Shown in pieces: positions 1 through 9,890 of a stretch of DNA of 53,172 bases. The notes below the pieces were generated by a model that was given only the letters and a program-made list of their open reading frames with translations, was not told the DNA's origin and did not search any database. This DNA is from Candidatus Moranbacteria bacterium CG_4_9_14_3_um_filter_44_28 (GTDB taxonomy: Bacteria > Patescibacteriota > Minisyncoccia > Moranbacterales > UBA11712), in contig PFVO01000018.1 in NCBI GenBank assembly GCA_002790655.1, positions 1 to 53,172 on the forward strand. The letters run 5' to 3'. How positions within the stretch are numbered: the stretch's first letter is position 1; each line of letters starts with the position of its first letter. The position numbers and the translations under genes are program-made.

Positions 1-861
1 GGGAAAGGAAAAACATCTCTCAAAACTCCGGAGCAGATTTCTTTGTTCGGCGCGCGGGCCGAACTCTCGCAAGCGAAAATAAATTCGCTGGAATATAATT
101 CGAGGATGGCCGCGAAAGTGGATTCATCGCTCATTCAGGACGGATTTCAGATTTATCATCATTCTTTCTTTTTTTCCCGAAACGGCGTTTGGGCGGTTGT
201 TCAGCAAGGGATGAATGAAAAAAATGTGACGGCAAGAAGATATCACTGGTTTTCGGACGAGATTAAAAACTTAGTCATTGAACCGCATAGCGGAATAATT
301 TCGGACGCGAAAAATAATTCGCTTAACATGACGGCGCGGGAAAGCATCGAAAATCAAAAAATCAGCACGGAACTTGTGCAAGGAAGTTATAATACGTTGA
401 TGAAAGACCTAAAACTTTTAAGAAAATACTCAACACCGCAAAGCGATGTAATTTCTGCCGGCAATAAAAATCATGAACTTACGAAAATGAATTTAACTAA
501 TTTGGATTTCAAAACTCATCCCGTTCTTCTTGAAGATTTTTCAAAAAGCAGGTATCTTCAAAAAATTTTGTACGAAGTGAGCGAGATTAAACCGAAAAGT
601 TACGAGAAATTACTTTCATTAAAAGGCGTCGGACCAAAAACTATCCGCGCCTTGGCCCTCACGGCGGAAGTAATTTACGGCGCCAAACCCTCCTACGAAG
701 ACCCCGCCCGTTACTCCTTCGCCCACGGCGGAAAAGATTTCATCCCCTACCCCGTCGACCGCCCGACCTACGACCAAACGATTCGGATTTTGCGAGAGCT
801 TGCTTCCAAGATGAAAGTGAGTTATTCTGAAAAAAATAAAATAATAAGGAGATTAAGCTGA
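1..861 (+). CDS. DUF763 family protein (5'-partial)
   Basis: Frame is open from base 1 (GKGKTSLKTPEQ...). Motifs QDGFQIYHH, VVQQGMN, RRYHW, GVGPKTIRAL and SFAHGGKD are typical of DUF763. Confidence 0.8.
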   Translation, partial: GKGKTSLKTPEQISLFGARAELSQAKINSLEYNSRMAAKVDSSLIQDGFQIYHHSFFFSRNGVWAVVQQGMNEKNVTARRYHWFSDEIKNLVIEPHSGIISDAKNNSLNMTARESIENQKISTELVQGSYNTLMKDLKLLRKYSTPQSDVISAGNKNHELTKMNLTNLDFKTHPVLLEDFSKSRYLQKILYEVSEIKPKSYEKLLSLKGVGPKTIRALALTAEVIYGAKPSYEDPARYSFAHGGKDFIPYPVDRPTYDQTIRILRELASKMKVSYSEKNKIIRRLS

Positions 862-881
862 TATGGTTAAAGCGGAAAAAA

Positions 882-930
882 AGAGGCCCAACCTCTCTTG
901 GCTAAAAAAGCCGTTAGAGGTCGGGCCTCT
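882..930 (-). terminator. Stem-loop between convergent genes, likely intrinsic terminator
   Basis: Arms agaggcccaacctct (882-896) and agaggtcgggcctct (916-930), followed by a T-run on the minus strand. Confidence 0.65.
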
Positions 931-945
931 ATTATTTTGCCTCTT

Positions 946-1080
946 TTATTGCTGAGGCTGATCTCCGGCTGGAGTTTCTGGAGTTGTCGGTTCTGCTGGC
1001 GGCGGAGTCGTTGGTTCCACTGGCGGAGTAGTCATCGGTTCAGTCGGCTCCTGCGGAGGGGTTGTTGTTTCTTCCTGCAT
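946..1080 (-). CDS. Small Pro/Thr/Glu-rich peptide (44 aa), not in ORF track
   Basis: Manual translation MQEETTTPPQEPTEPMTTPPVEPTTPPPAEPTTPETPAGDQPQQ*. Co-oriented with upstream genes and followed by a terminator. Confidence 0.6.
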   Translation of the reverse strand: MQEETTTPPQEPTEPMTTPPVEPTTPPPAEPTTPETPAGDQPQQ

Positions 1081-1089
1081 AGCGTTGAA

Positions 1090-1212
1090 ATTAAAAATTA
1101 AAAGTGAAAAGTGAAAAGTTTTGGAATCGCTTCGCGATGATTATTATTTTATAAAAAACAAAAGATCGTGAGCGCAGCGAACACCTTAATTTTTCATTTT
1201 TAGTTTTTAATT
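1090..1212. repeat. Heptamer-flanked inverted repeat element (family also at 14072-14196)
   Basis: aaaagtg-type units, core aaaagttttggaatcgcttcgcgatga...gcgaacaccttaattttt, T-rich inverted arm. Confidence 0.7.
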
Positions 1213-3749
1213 TATAATGGTTTCTCTCCCATATCAAACGCGTCGGCTGTCGCCGGCGGGGCGACGTAACTGGCCTTCTTCATTATCTCCTCATTCACTA
1301 TATCACGGTTCCTTCCATATTTCAACTTGGAAAGCTCCTTGACGGCTTCGGCAATCTTCGCATCCCCTTTTGTCGGCGGATAGGTTTTTAGATTGAACGG
1401 CGTCGCCACCTGGCTTGCGATAAGAAGTTTCACGAAAGCATTGTGATTGTCAACGTTCATAAGATCATTGGCGTCAAAAACGGGCTCAAACTGCTTCTGA
1501 ACAAATTCAGCATCTTCCGCGCCGATCCGGAACGAGCAAATCGAGCCGACGTTCCCGAAGACGGCTTTTGATATTTCTTCCTTGAGCTGGGCAATGAACT
1601 GGTGAGCGATGACAAGCGACAAGCGGTATTTCCGGGCTTCGGAAAGAATCTGGGCGATTGAATCGGTCGTGAAATTCTGGAATTCATCAATGTACAAATA
1701 AAAATCCTTCCGCCCGCCCTCCGGCATATCCACGCGGGAAAGCGCCGCGATCAAAATCTTACCAACGATTATCATCCCCAAAAGACTGGCGTTTATTTCC
1801 CCTATTCTCCCCTTGGAAAGATTCACCAAAATTATCTGCTGATTATCCATTGCCTGGCGGAAGCTGATGGTGCTTTTTTCCTGGGCGATGATCGGGCGCA
1901 TCATATCATTCGAGATAAACTGGGTGAGTTTCGAAGTGATATAAGGAACCATGTTGGCCAGCGCCGCCTCTCCCCCTGCTTTTTCCGCTTCTTTTTCCCA
2001 GAAATTTTTGACGACCGGATTGGTGCAGTGCGAAAGTTTCATGTGCCGGAACTCCTCATCAGCCAGAACGCGGGGAATTTCCATAAGCGTCGACCCCGAT
2101 TCGGGATGCTCCATCACGAGAAGCGCCGCGTTTCGCATATACTGCTCGAACATCGGGCCGCCGGTTTGGCGCAGGTCATAGAGCTTGTCGAAAATATTGA
2201 TCATCTCGTTGATGACGAAAGTTTTTTGCTCGGGCTTGTTATGATCATATTCGAGCATATTGAGTCCGAACGGCCTCTCCATGTCGGCCGGATCGAAAAA
2301 TATCACGTCCTCGGCCCGCTCTTTGGGAATGGATTCGGCGATATGGTCAACCAGATCCCCGTGCGGATCAATGACGCAGACTCCTTTCCCGTCTTTGATG
2401 TCCTGCTTTACCATCTCTTGAATCATCGTTGATTTTCCGGTTCCGGTTTGCCCGATGATATAGAAATGGCGGCGGCGGTCGTCCTCGCTGTGGCGGATGA
2501 CAGTTTCCACTCCGCGGTAGTCGTTGAAACCAAGAATGATTCCTTCTTGGAAAATATTGTTTGGCGGCGCGGCGGTGCGGGACTTAAGCCAGGAAATTTT
2601 CGGGGTTTCCATGGATAAAATCGGAAAGTGAAAGATGCTGACAACCTCCTCGGAAGAGAGTATGAAGCTTTGGTCATCCCTGAAATTTCTGAATATAAAG
2701 TCAAAAGCGATGTTTTTTGACCTGGATTTACTTTCCCGGCTAACCCGGAAGCTGTTGAGTCCCGGATTTTCGTATTGAATGAAAGCGTTTTCCAGCTCGG
2801 CTAATATCGTCTCGGATCTTTCCTGTGCTAAGGCTGAAGCCACCAGACGAATGTTAACTTTGAAGCCGGGTTTATTGGCCTTGCCTTCGATTTTCTTCAC
2901 AACTTCCTGTTCTTCAGGGGTCAACTGCACTGCCTCCTTGCTTGGCTTGAAAATATCTTTTGGCTGATTCTCTTCTTTTTTGAAGGCGACATTGAAAAAT
3001 CCCCGAAAAAACTGGCGAACGGGGGTATCCCGCTTTACGTCTCCAAGCCTTCTTCCCTGCTGCATCTTGTGAGCCGTTTCTCTTCCTTTCGTTCGCCAGT
3101 TGCCGCGAGCCGGTTTCATGATCAGCTGAATTGCCGCTCCTTCCTTTTTCTCCTCAAATTTTCCAAGGACGTTGGTGATGTTGTTAAGCGGGTCCGATTC
3201 AAGCGTCTGATAGGTCCGAACGGGAAAATAATATTTGTCCCTCAAAGAGAGATAAGAGGCCGAGGTAAAACTGCCGGGATAAAAAATATTGTAGTCTTTT
3301 ACCCGCTCAATCGCCGCTTTCGGATAGAAGCTGTGAATCTGGCGCTCGACGATGTTGATGAGCTTTTTGGGAGCGCCGACATAAAAAGAAATTTCGTCGG
3401 TATTGGCCGGATTGGCGACTTCAAGGGTGACAACCGCGTCTCCGTAAATGATCCGGTGAAAAAATCCGGCTTTTTCTTTGATGTTTCCAAGACTTGCAAA
3501 CAAATGCTCCATTACCGAGATGAGTTCTTTGTCGCTTTTGGGCGGCTGTTGCTGTTGCACCGGCTGGTTCTGGACTTTGAGAGGACGACTGACTTTCACC
3601 ACGTCAATATCCATATTGAGCGAACGGGTAATCTGCCCGCGGAAAATAAAGAAACTGCGAAAAATCATCCACAATCCGGAAAAAAAACTCGCGAGCGCCA
3701 GAAGTCCGGCGAGAGGATATAATATAAGATTAAGATTATAGACGTCCAT
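1212..3749 (-). CDS. VirD4/TraG-like (type IV coupling / HerA-FtsK superfamily) ATPase with N-terminal TM helix
   Basis: Walker A GQTGTGKS, VIDPHGDL, Walker B LYIDEFQNF, SEARKYRLSL; 845 aa. Confidence 0.85.
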   Translation of the reverse strand: MDVYNLNLILYPLAGLLALASFFSGLWMIFRSFFIFRGQITRSLNMDIDVVKVSRPLKVQNQPVQQQQPPKSDKELISVMEHLFASLGNIKEKAGFFHRIIYGDAVVTLEVANPANTDEISFYVGAPKKLINIVERQIHSFYPKAAIERVKDYNIFYPGSFTSASYLSLRDKYYFPVRTYQTLESDPLNNITNVLGKFEEKKEGAAIQLIMKPARGNWRTKGRETAHKMQQGRRLGDVKRDTPVRQFFRGFFNVAFKKEENQPKDIFKPSKEAVQLTPEEQEVVKKIEGKANKPGFKVNIRLVASALAQERSETILAELENAFIQYENPGLNSFRVSRESKSRSKNIAFDFIFRNFRDDQSFILSSEEVVSIFHFPILSMETPKISWLKSRTAAPPNNIFQEGIILGFNDYRGVETVIRHSEDDRRRHFYIIGQTGTGKSTMIQEMVKQDIKDGKGVCVIDPHGDLVDHIAESIPKERAEDVIFFDPADMERPFGLNMLEYDHNKPEQKTFVINEMINIFDKLYDLRQTGGPMFEQYMRNAALLVMEHPESGSTLMEIPRVLADEEFRHMKLSHCTNPVVKNFWEKEAEKAGGEAALANMVPYITSKLTQFISNDMMRPIIAQEKSTISFRQAMDNQQIILVNLSKGRIGEINASLLGMIIVGKILIAALSRVDMPEGGRKDFYLYIDEFQNFTTDSIAQILSEARKYRLSLVIAHQFIAQLKEEISKAVFGNVGSICSFRIGAEDAEFVQKQFEPVFDANDLMNVDNHNAFVKLLIASQVATPFNLKTYPPTKGDAKIAEAVKELSKLKYGRNRDIVNEEIMKKASYVAPPATADAFDMGEKPL

Positions 3750-3796
3750 TTTATATTATTTGTCTTTATTTCTGCTAGTCTAGAGCCTTAGAAATT

Positions 3797-4357
3797 TCAC
3801 AATTCCTTCAATAGTCCTTTCTGAATCAGCTGTTTTCTTAATCCATCTTCCAGCATCCGATCATGCATCTCGTCCAATGTATAATTGTCTGCTTCAAAAA
3901 CACTTTTTCCTTTGTCGAGGTGCCGGGCGACCTTGATGGCATGCTCGGGACCTTTCTGGAGAGCCAGTTCAACCAGCTTTTCCACTTTTTTCTCGTACTC
4001 GGTAATTTGGGAAACGGCTTGAGCGTCTCCTGCCACGCCGGCCGCGGCTGCGGTCTTTTGAGTTTGGATAGTTTTTCGCGCCGTCTCGATTTTTTCGGAG
4101 ACTTCTTCGGTTTTTACTTCTCCTCCCGCTTCAGTTTCAACGCCCGGTATCTTTTCAGCTGTCGGCGCCTCCGGTTTTTCTGATACTTCAGCTTCGACGC
4201 TTTCAGGAGTTTTTTCTGTATTTGTAGCAGAAACGTTTTCTTTTCCGCCAGAGGCGCCCGCCTGCCGGACGGGCAGGGATCCGCCTTGGGCGGACAGTTT
4301 TTTCGCCAAATCCAAATCCTCCTTTTCGATAGGCTCTTGATACAATGGTTGTGCCAT
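3797..4357 (-). CDS. Hypothetical acidic protein with in-frame nested palindrome
   Basis: 186-aa ORF with a CPR-type C-terminus (LVELALQKGPEHAIKVAR...YTLDEMHD). Confidence 0.75.
   Translation of the reverse strand: MAQPLYQEPIEKEDLDLAKKLSAQGGSLPVRQAGASGGKENVSATNTEKTPESVEAEVSEKPEAPTAEKIPGVETEAGGEVKTEEVSEKIETARKTIQTQKTAAAAGVAGDAQAVSQITEYEKKVEKLVELALQKGPEHAIKVARHLDKGKSVFEADNYTLDEMHDRMLEDGLRKQLIQKGLLKEL
4244..4294. repeat. Nested in-frame palindromic element (30-nt double hairpin with 21-nt insert)
   Basis: tccgccagaggcg|cccgcctgccggacgggcagg|gatccgccttgggcgga; the outer unit matches the intergenic copy at 43305-43334. Confidence 0.75.
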
Positions 4358-4402
4358 AAAATAAGCTTAGTGCTAATTTATAGTAAATTTTTTCTATCAA
4401 CT

Positions 4403-4558
4403 TTAGTTTCAAAATCCAAATTTTAAATTCTAAATTTCAAATCAAATTATAATGTCAAAATAAAAAATTTTAAATTAAAATTTTGAAATTGATTTAAAAT
4501 TTGGTAGGCTTTTGCCTTTGGCAAAAGGGGTGGTGCGGCCAATTTGTCATTTGAAATT
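4403..4558. repeat. AT-rich heptamer inverted element containing 72-nt repeat shared with 40359-40430
   Basis: 4487-4558 is near-identical to 40359-40430, with core hairpin cttttgcctttggcaaaag. Confidence 0.8.
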
Positions 4559-4589
4559 CAGCCTTGCGCTGTCAGTCCCATATCTTCCT

Positions 4590-4943
4590 TCAGCTCTTCG
4601 CCGCTTTGTCTGCATTTCCGAAACTGGCAATATCTTCTTTTAGCTCATCTTTTAAATCGCTCACGACTTTCTTCACAAATTCATCGTAACCGCTTATTTT
4701 TTCACGAAGAAATACTTCAACCTTATCGGATCCCGCTTTTTCCTCGAGCATTTTCATCAGCTCCTGTTGGTCTTCCTGAGTCAGCTTATCCATTGTTTCC
4801 ATATAGAGCCGTTTCAGAACCAGCTCCAAAAGATCCACCAGAATTTTGGCTTTTTTCTCTTCCGGCAAATCGGAGAGTCCCAACTCATCGACAATTGTCT
4901 GCTGAAGGATTGTGTTTTGGGCAGTCATAAATTTGTTTTTCAA
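4590..4943 (-). CDS. Small helical hypothetical protein (DUF5663-like, CPR)
   Basis: IVDELGLSDLPEEKKAKIL... pattern; the start may be the second Met (4928). Confidence 0.65.
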   Translation of the reverse strand: MKNKFMTAQNTILQQTIVDELGLSDLPEEKKAKILVDLLELVLKRLYMETMDKLTQEDQQELMKMLEEKAGSDKVEVFLREKISGYDEFVKKVVSDLKDELKEDIASFGNADKAAKS

Positions 4944-4946
4944 AAA

Positions 4947-7214
4947 TTAAAGTTTATGGATAATACTCAAGGCTTTGAACAAATTGAAATTGGTCCGGGA
5001 CATCCGTTCCAGATATTGCTGCATTGTTTCCCGCACATTGAGAGGGGGAAATTTTTCAAACGTTTCTTGGGTGAACGAGATTGCTTTTCCCGTTTGAGCC
5101 AGCTCGTCAGGCGTTGGAATCATCGGCATGTCGCCAATCACGCCGGGAGTATGCCGGCCGATGGCCTCCTGAATCTGGTGGGCCGGAGTATCCAGTTGAA
5201 ATCCTCCCAATCCTTCAAGCCATCTGTTCCACAGCCTCGCATTGGCGTCGGTGATTCCCGCAATGGCCTGCTCGTTGAGGGCTTGGGCTTCCGCTCCAAG
5301 CCGCGCCACTTCGTCCTGACGCCAAGTTTCCGCCGCCGCTCCTCTTGCCCGGGCCGCTTCGATCTGCTGGTCAAACTGGCTGGTATCAACAGCACCGCGT
5401 CCTCCATAACTCTCCGCCGCCTTCCCCGCGCCATGTCCCTGTGGAATGTCATGATGCAGATAACCCATTTTCATTCCGGAAGTGTCACCTAAAAATATTC
5501 TACCCTTATCGTCCAAAGTAACTTGATCACCTGCATGGACCAAATCGGTTATTTTCCCTCCATGATGCAATTTATACCATTCAATGATTCTTGGCATTTT
5601 GCCTTCCGCCCAAATTTTATGCTTCTGGTCAGCCGTTAAATCATTAAAATTTTCAACTCCTCTTATTCCTAATCGTCTCAATATTCCTTGATTCTTAAAA
5701 GAGTCGAATAATTTTTGAGCCTGATCATCACTATATCCATATTTATCGTGATGTTCTATAAGCATATCCCGCGTCACTTTCCAGACATTTTCGCCAGATT
5801 TGATCGTGTGCGTATCACCTAAAAACGGCTTTCCAATTTGTTCCGGAACAACTGCACCTCCAGTTTTTGGCTGTATTTCCGCACCGGTAATTAGACTATG
5901 CGCGGCGTCATAAAAACCGGCGGCCTTCGTTCCTCCAAACAAATAAGTCACTTTTTCCCAAGCCTGGCCGAATAACCCTCTCGCGTGGGGCATAATGAAG
6001 TGACTTGCAAGCGCGCTCGCGACAATTGTTCCGCCACCGATCAAATAAGCCATCCTCTTATGTCTTGCGTCAACATCGGCAAAATCCTGCTCTTTGCCTT
6101 CGATAGTTGTCTCTAGTTGCATTCCCTCAACCATTTTTTTCCAGTCTTCGTCTGTTTCATTTTTAAGATTTTCAATTTTTCGCTTGACGCGTTCTTCGAT
6201 TTCTTTCTTTTTTGATTCAAGAAAGCCGGCTTCCATTCTCTTTTTCGCCGCATAACCGGCCCCAACTCCACCAATAGTTCGCATAATCCAAGCCGATGTT
6301 GTTCCTGCGCCAATAGCGGCGATACCCAAAGCAGGAAGAGCCGCGCCTAAAGCTACTGCAAGAGTTATGGATACTGACGCCGCAATTGCTGTTCCTTTGA
6401 AAATTCCCTTCGCGCTTAATTTTCCCTTTTCGTTCAGAAATTGTTTAGAGATAAATTCCCGATAATTTTTACTAACATTGGCAAAACCAATAAGAGCCTT
6501 TTCTGACCACTTGGCGTTTTTTGCTCTAATGTCTGTTTCTAAGGTACGGCTGTTTATGGCAACTGTTTCTTGGTCATACCTAACCATGAATTCTTCATAT
6601 TCCTGTTCGTTTCCGCGCAGAGTTTTTCTTCCCGAATCCATCAATTTTTGATACAGCTCCTTTCTTCTTCCCACATACTCTTTAACTGTATCATCCTCAA
6701 GCATCTGCTTGCTGAAACCCAAAGTCTCTTTGATTACCTTCCATCTTGATTTGGCTTTATATCTTGATTCGGCAATCTTTCCCTCATTCTCATCAAATTC
6801 CTTTTTTATCCTTTCAAACTCTTCGCGGTTTTTTCCTTCCCGCTCGGTATCCGGCACAACCGACAGACTTTCCGTGCTTTTGGACTGGAACGGCGCCGGC
6901 GGCTTTTCTGACCGACTTCCACGGCCACCCACGCCAACCAAATCTTTCCCTCCACTCGTCGTACCGCGACGAGGCCGCTCCATTTCAGGTTTTTCCGCCT
7001 CTTCTTCCGCATGAAAATCCCGCGCTCGCCGCGCGAGTTCCTGCTCTCCGGACATACTTTCGCTTTCCCACCTAGGCTCCCTCTGACCTAAATACATCTC
7101 TTCCGCCGTTTGATCAATAATTGGTTCACGCGACGTCCCTCTTAGCTCAGTTCGTCTTCCGCGACCTTCCTTTGCAAGAGGGAAGAAATCTTCGTAAGGA
7201 TTTTTAGTGCTCAT
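4947..7214 (-). CDS. Large membrane-anchored hypothetical protein with coiled coils and LysM-like region
   Basis: 755 aa; Gly/Ala-rich hydrophobic segments; THTIKSGENVWKV...DLVHAGDQVTL resembles a split LysM motif. Confidence 0.7.
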   Translation of the reverse strand: MSTKNPYEDFFPLAKEGRGRRTELRGTSREPIIDQTAEEMYLGQREPRWESESMSGEQELARRARDFHAEEEAEKPEMERPRRGTTSGGKDLVGVGGRGSRSEKPPAPFQSKSTESLSVVPDTEREGKNREEFERIKKEFDENEGKIAESRYKAKSRWKVIKETLGFSKQMLEDDTVKEYVGRRKELYQKLMDSGRKTLRGNEQEYEEFMVRYDQETVAINSRTLETDIRAKNAKWSEKALIGFANVSKNYREFISKQFLNEKGKLSAKGIFKGTAIAASVSITLAVALGAALPALGIAAIGAGTTSAWIMRTIGGVGAGYAAKKRMEAGFLESKKKEIEERVKRKIENLKNETDEDWKKMVEGMQLETTIEGKEQDFADVDARHKRMAYLIGGGTIVASALASHFIMPHARGLFGQAWEKVTYLFGGTKAAGFYDAAHSLITGAEIQPKTGGAVVPEQIGKPFLGDTHTIKSGENVWKVTRDMLIEHHDKYGYSDDQAQKLFDSFKNQGILRRLGIRGVENFNDLTADQKHKIWAEGKMPRIIEWYKLHHGGKITDLVHAGDQVTLDDKGRIFLGDTSGMKMGYLHHDIPQGHGAGKAAESYGGRGAVDTSQFDQQIEAARARGAAAETWRQDEVARLGAEAQALNEQAIAGITDANARLWNRWLEGLGGFQLDTPAHQIQEAIGRHTPGVIGDMPMIPTPDELAQTGKAISFTQETFEKFPPLNVRETMQQYLERMSRTNFNLFKALSIIHKL

Positions 7215-7238
7215 TTATTTTCAGTTAAAGTTATGTAT

Positions 7239-8312
7239 CTATTTACTCCCAGTTTCAAAAAGTCTTTGTTCTAACAATGTGTATGTCCTAAAATAGCTTT
7301 TCACCCATTCGACTCCTTTGTTGCTAAATTCACCACTACGCTTGGCGATATCACCCATATAATCGGCGAACTCATATCTAAATTTAAGTAAATCGGTTTC
7401 CCCTTTGGAAACTTTTTCTCCTCTTTCGCTTCGATATTTTTCCATGACTTTAGGATTATCGAGGAAGTATTTTTGAAAATAATTCAGATCCTTTCGGGGA
7501 AATTTTTTCCCTTCACTTTTTATCATTCTAGTAAAAATACTCTCTATATTTTGCAATAATGATTCTTTCTTCTCTTCGGCATCTTTTCTGTCTTTCGGTT
7601 GCAACCTCCTATACTTTTCTTCCAATGCTTTGCTAATTTCCCCTATGCCCGATCTCTGCATTAGATGATCAAAAATTTTTTTCTGGCCTTCGCTAAGTTC
7701 TGCCCTTTCCTTACCAGCCTCAACTTCTTCCGGCTTTGACCTCGGCGCCGCCTCCGCCGGTCGCGGTTTTGGAGCCGGCTCGATCATGGCTGGTTTCTCA
7801 CCTTCTGTCTCTCGCCCGGCGTATCTCTTGCCCTCCAGATACTCCAGCCATCTTTTCGCTTGGATTCTATCCCATCTCCTCATAAAATCCTCTGCATCCT
7901 TTGTGCCCGGAGTAATCCGTTTAGGTTTATTATGAGTAAGAATCCAATCAATGTAAGGACCACTAAGATCAAGCCCGATTTCCGGAATTGCTTTTGCAAT
8001 TTCCGGATTTCGGCTCATCCTAATATCAAATATATTTTGCGCCAATTCCTCAATCATTTCTTCCCTTTTCATCTGCCAAAAATCGACGTCTGGAGTAAAA
8101 ACTTTTGATGCCTTTCCAGGAAAATTTTCGGCGGCTTCTTCTTTCGGCCCGATTCGCATCGCCTCTGGCGCTTCAGCCGGTTTCGGTCTTTTTTGCAGTT
8201 CTGAAGCCGCTCCGACAGCCGCTTTCTTCTTTTTAATCCCCAAAGCTCCACTAGCTTCATCCAAAAACATCTTTGTAATTTCTTCTTTTGATGGTTTTTC
8301 CATAGTTAGCAC
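7239..8312 (-). CDS. Hypothetical charged protein
   Basis: 357-aa ORF, co-oriented and tightly spaced; no recognisable family. Confidence 0.7.
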   Translation of the reverse strand: MLTMEKPSKEEITKMFLDEASGALGIKKKKAAVGAASELQKRPKPAEAPEAMRIGPKEEAAENFPGKASKVFTPDVDFWQMKREEMIEELAQNIFDIRMSRNPEIAKAIPEIGLDLSGPYIDWILTHNKPKRITPGTKDAEDFMRRWDRIQAKRWLEYLEGKRYAGRETEGEKPAMIEPAPKPRPAEAAPRSKPEEVEAGKERAELSEGQKKIFDHLMQRSGIGEISKALEEKYRRLQPKDRKDAEEKKESLLQNIESIFTRMIKSEGKKFPRKDLNYFQKYFLDNPKVMEKYRSERGEKVSKGETDLLKFRYEFADYMGDIAKRSGEFSNKGVEWVKSYFRTYTLLEQRLFETGSK

Positions 8313-8329
8313 AAAATATTTTTTATATT

Positions 8330-9718
8330 CTATCGTTTTGGAATTTTCGAAACAGCGTATTCATAAAACGCTCTTTTGAATTTCTCTCCGCTCGGAAAAC
8401 CTTTTTTCTGAATTAATAATTTATCATAAATATTTATAATATTTGCCTTAGTGTCGATGGTCACTGATTGGATTCTTTCTGCGTCCGGCAAGTCTTTGTA
8501 GTCTTCCCATCTTTTTGAATCTTCAAGTAATTTTTGGTGTACCGATAAAATAGCTCCGATTACTTTATTAATAGTTTCCATTCGCCCTTCTCGATCAAAA
8601 ATTCTCTCAATTTCTCTTGGTTCTGAAATTTTAGGAACAATAACTTCCCCTTCGGCAATTCTCACTTCTCCGTCTTTACTTACCGCCTTTCCTTTAGGGT
8701 AAGCACGCTCAAGCTCTTCTGAACCACGGCCTATCCTCTTGGACTTTTCCCTGCTGACGCCCTTTGTAAATTTAAAAGCTCGCTTATACGCCTCTGCCAT
8801 CGCTTCATTTCCCCAAACCGTGAATGCACTTTGCGCGTAAGATTCTGCCCATTCTTTAATAACCCACGGAGTACTCCAATAAGGCTTTAAATCTTTTTTG
8901 AATTTTTCAAAACACAGCTCATAAATCTCCTGAATTTCCTCTTTTTGAAGATCTTGAATGCCCTGCTGAAGTTCTTGGAGATCAATATTCCATGCCATCA
9001 AACTTTCATCGGAGATAATGTTAATTCGATCAATTACTAATTTCATTTCTTCGTCAACTGCCGTTTTGATTTTGTGATAAAGTTCTTTCTCTTCCGGATT
9101 TTTGATGGCTTCTTCGAAAGAATTCTTTTCTGCATCCTTATCCTGCGTTTCCTCGCCCAGCAAGTTCTTCACTTTTTCAAGTTCCGCGTTTATGATGGTA
9201 CGATTCTTTTCCGCTTTTGTTCTTTCTAAAACGGCTTCAAGCGTCTGTTCATAATAGACTAAAATAGCTTTTGCAGTTTCCCTCTTGATTTCGGGAATTT
9301 GATCCAGTTCGTCATTGAGAACAGCGCTTTCTAATTCTTCCGTTCGATCTTTATACTTTTCTTGAAGAATCTCCAGCGTATATTTCAAACACTCCTTCAC
9401 CACCTCGTAAGTCTTCAACAATTTTCGCGTTTCTTTTACCCACGGCGCAAGAGTTTTTAATCCGTTTTCTTTTAGTACTTTGGTTAAATTATCCTCCTCA
9501 AAAAAGAGCTTTTTATAATAATCTTCTATTAATTCGATATAACCGTCTTCCAGCCACGCTTGATCTTTCCCTTCTTTTTCCTCAATTGGTAAATCAGGAG
9601 GGGGCAGAGGCGAACCTTCGCCATTTTGCCTCGCTACAGCTTCTCGAAGTAAATTATCTGGCATCGCTCCTTCAGGCAGTTTTTCTATCCTTATTCGATG
9701 TTTGCTTCCTTCTCCCAT
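8330..9718 (-). CDS. Hypothetical Glu/Lys-rich helical protein
   Basis: 462-aa ORF; no recognisable family. Confidence 0.7.
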   Translation of the reverse strand: MGEGSKHRIRIEKLPEGAMPDNLLREAVARQNGEGSPLPPPDLPIEEKEGKDQAWLEDGYIELIEDYYKKLFFEEDNLTKVLKENGLKTLAPWVKETRKLLKTYEVVKECLKYTLEILQEKYKDRTEELESAVLNDELDQIPEIKRETAKAILVYYEQTLEAVLERTKAEKNRTIINAELEKVKNLLGEETQDKDAEKNSFEEAIKNPEEKELYHKIKTAVDEEMKLVIDRINIISDESLMAWNIDLQELQQGIQDLQKEEIQEIYELCFEKFKKDLKPYWSTPWVIKEWAESYAQSAFTVWGNEAMAEAYKRAFKFTKGVSREKSKRIGRGSEELERAYPKGKAVSKDGEVRIAEGEVIVPKISEPREIERIFDREGRMETINKVIGAILSVHQKLLEDSKRWEDYKDLPDAERIQSVTIDTKANIINIYDKLLIQKKGFPSGEKFKRAFYEYAVSKIPKR

Positions 9719-9835
9719 TTTTATATTTCATAAACCAAAACGAAGCTTATCTTCTAAGTCTTCAAATTTTTTGTTTTTATGTTGCATCTAAATTATACCA
9801 CAAAAATAATCGCAAGAGAACAATGTGGATAAAAA

Positions 9836-9890
9836 AAGCTCCCAGTGCCGCCTCGAGTGGAATCCACGCAAGTTTGGCACCGGGAGCTTT
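9836..9890 (-). terminator. Stem-loop terminator after 9891-10298 ORF
   Basis: aagctcccagtgcc ... ggcaccgggagctt, followed by a T-run on the minus strand. Confidence 0.6.

Noticed and set aside
898..1101. 67-aa plus-strand Arg/Trp-rich ORF
   Set aside because: Antisense shadow of the minus-strand PTE peptide; it also spans a terminator.
3069..5492. 217-aa and 241-aa plus-strand ORFs
   Set aside because: Antisense shadows of longer minus-strand genes.
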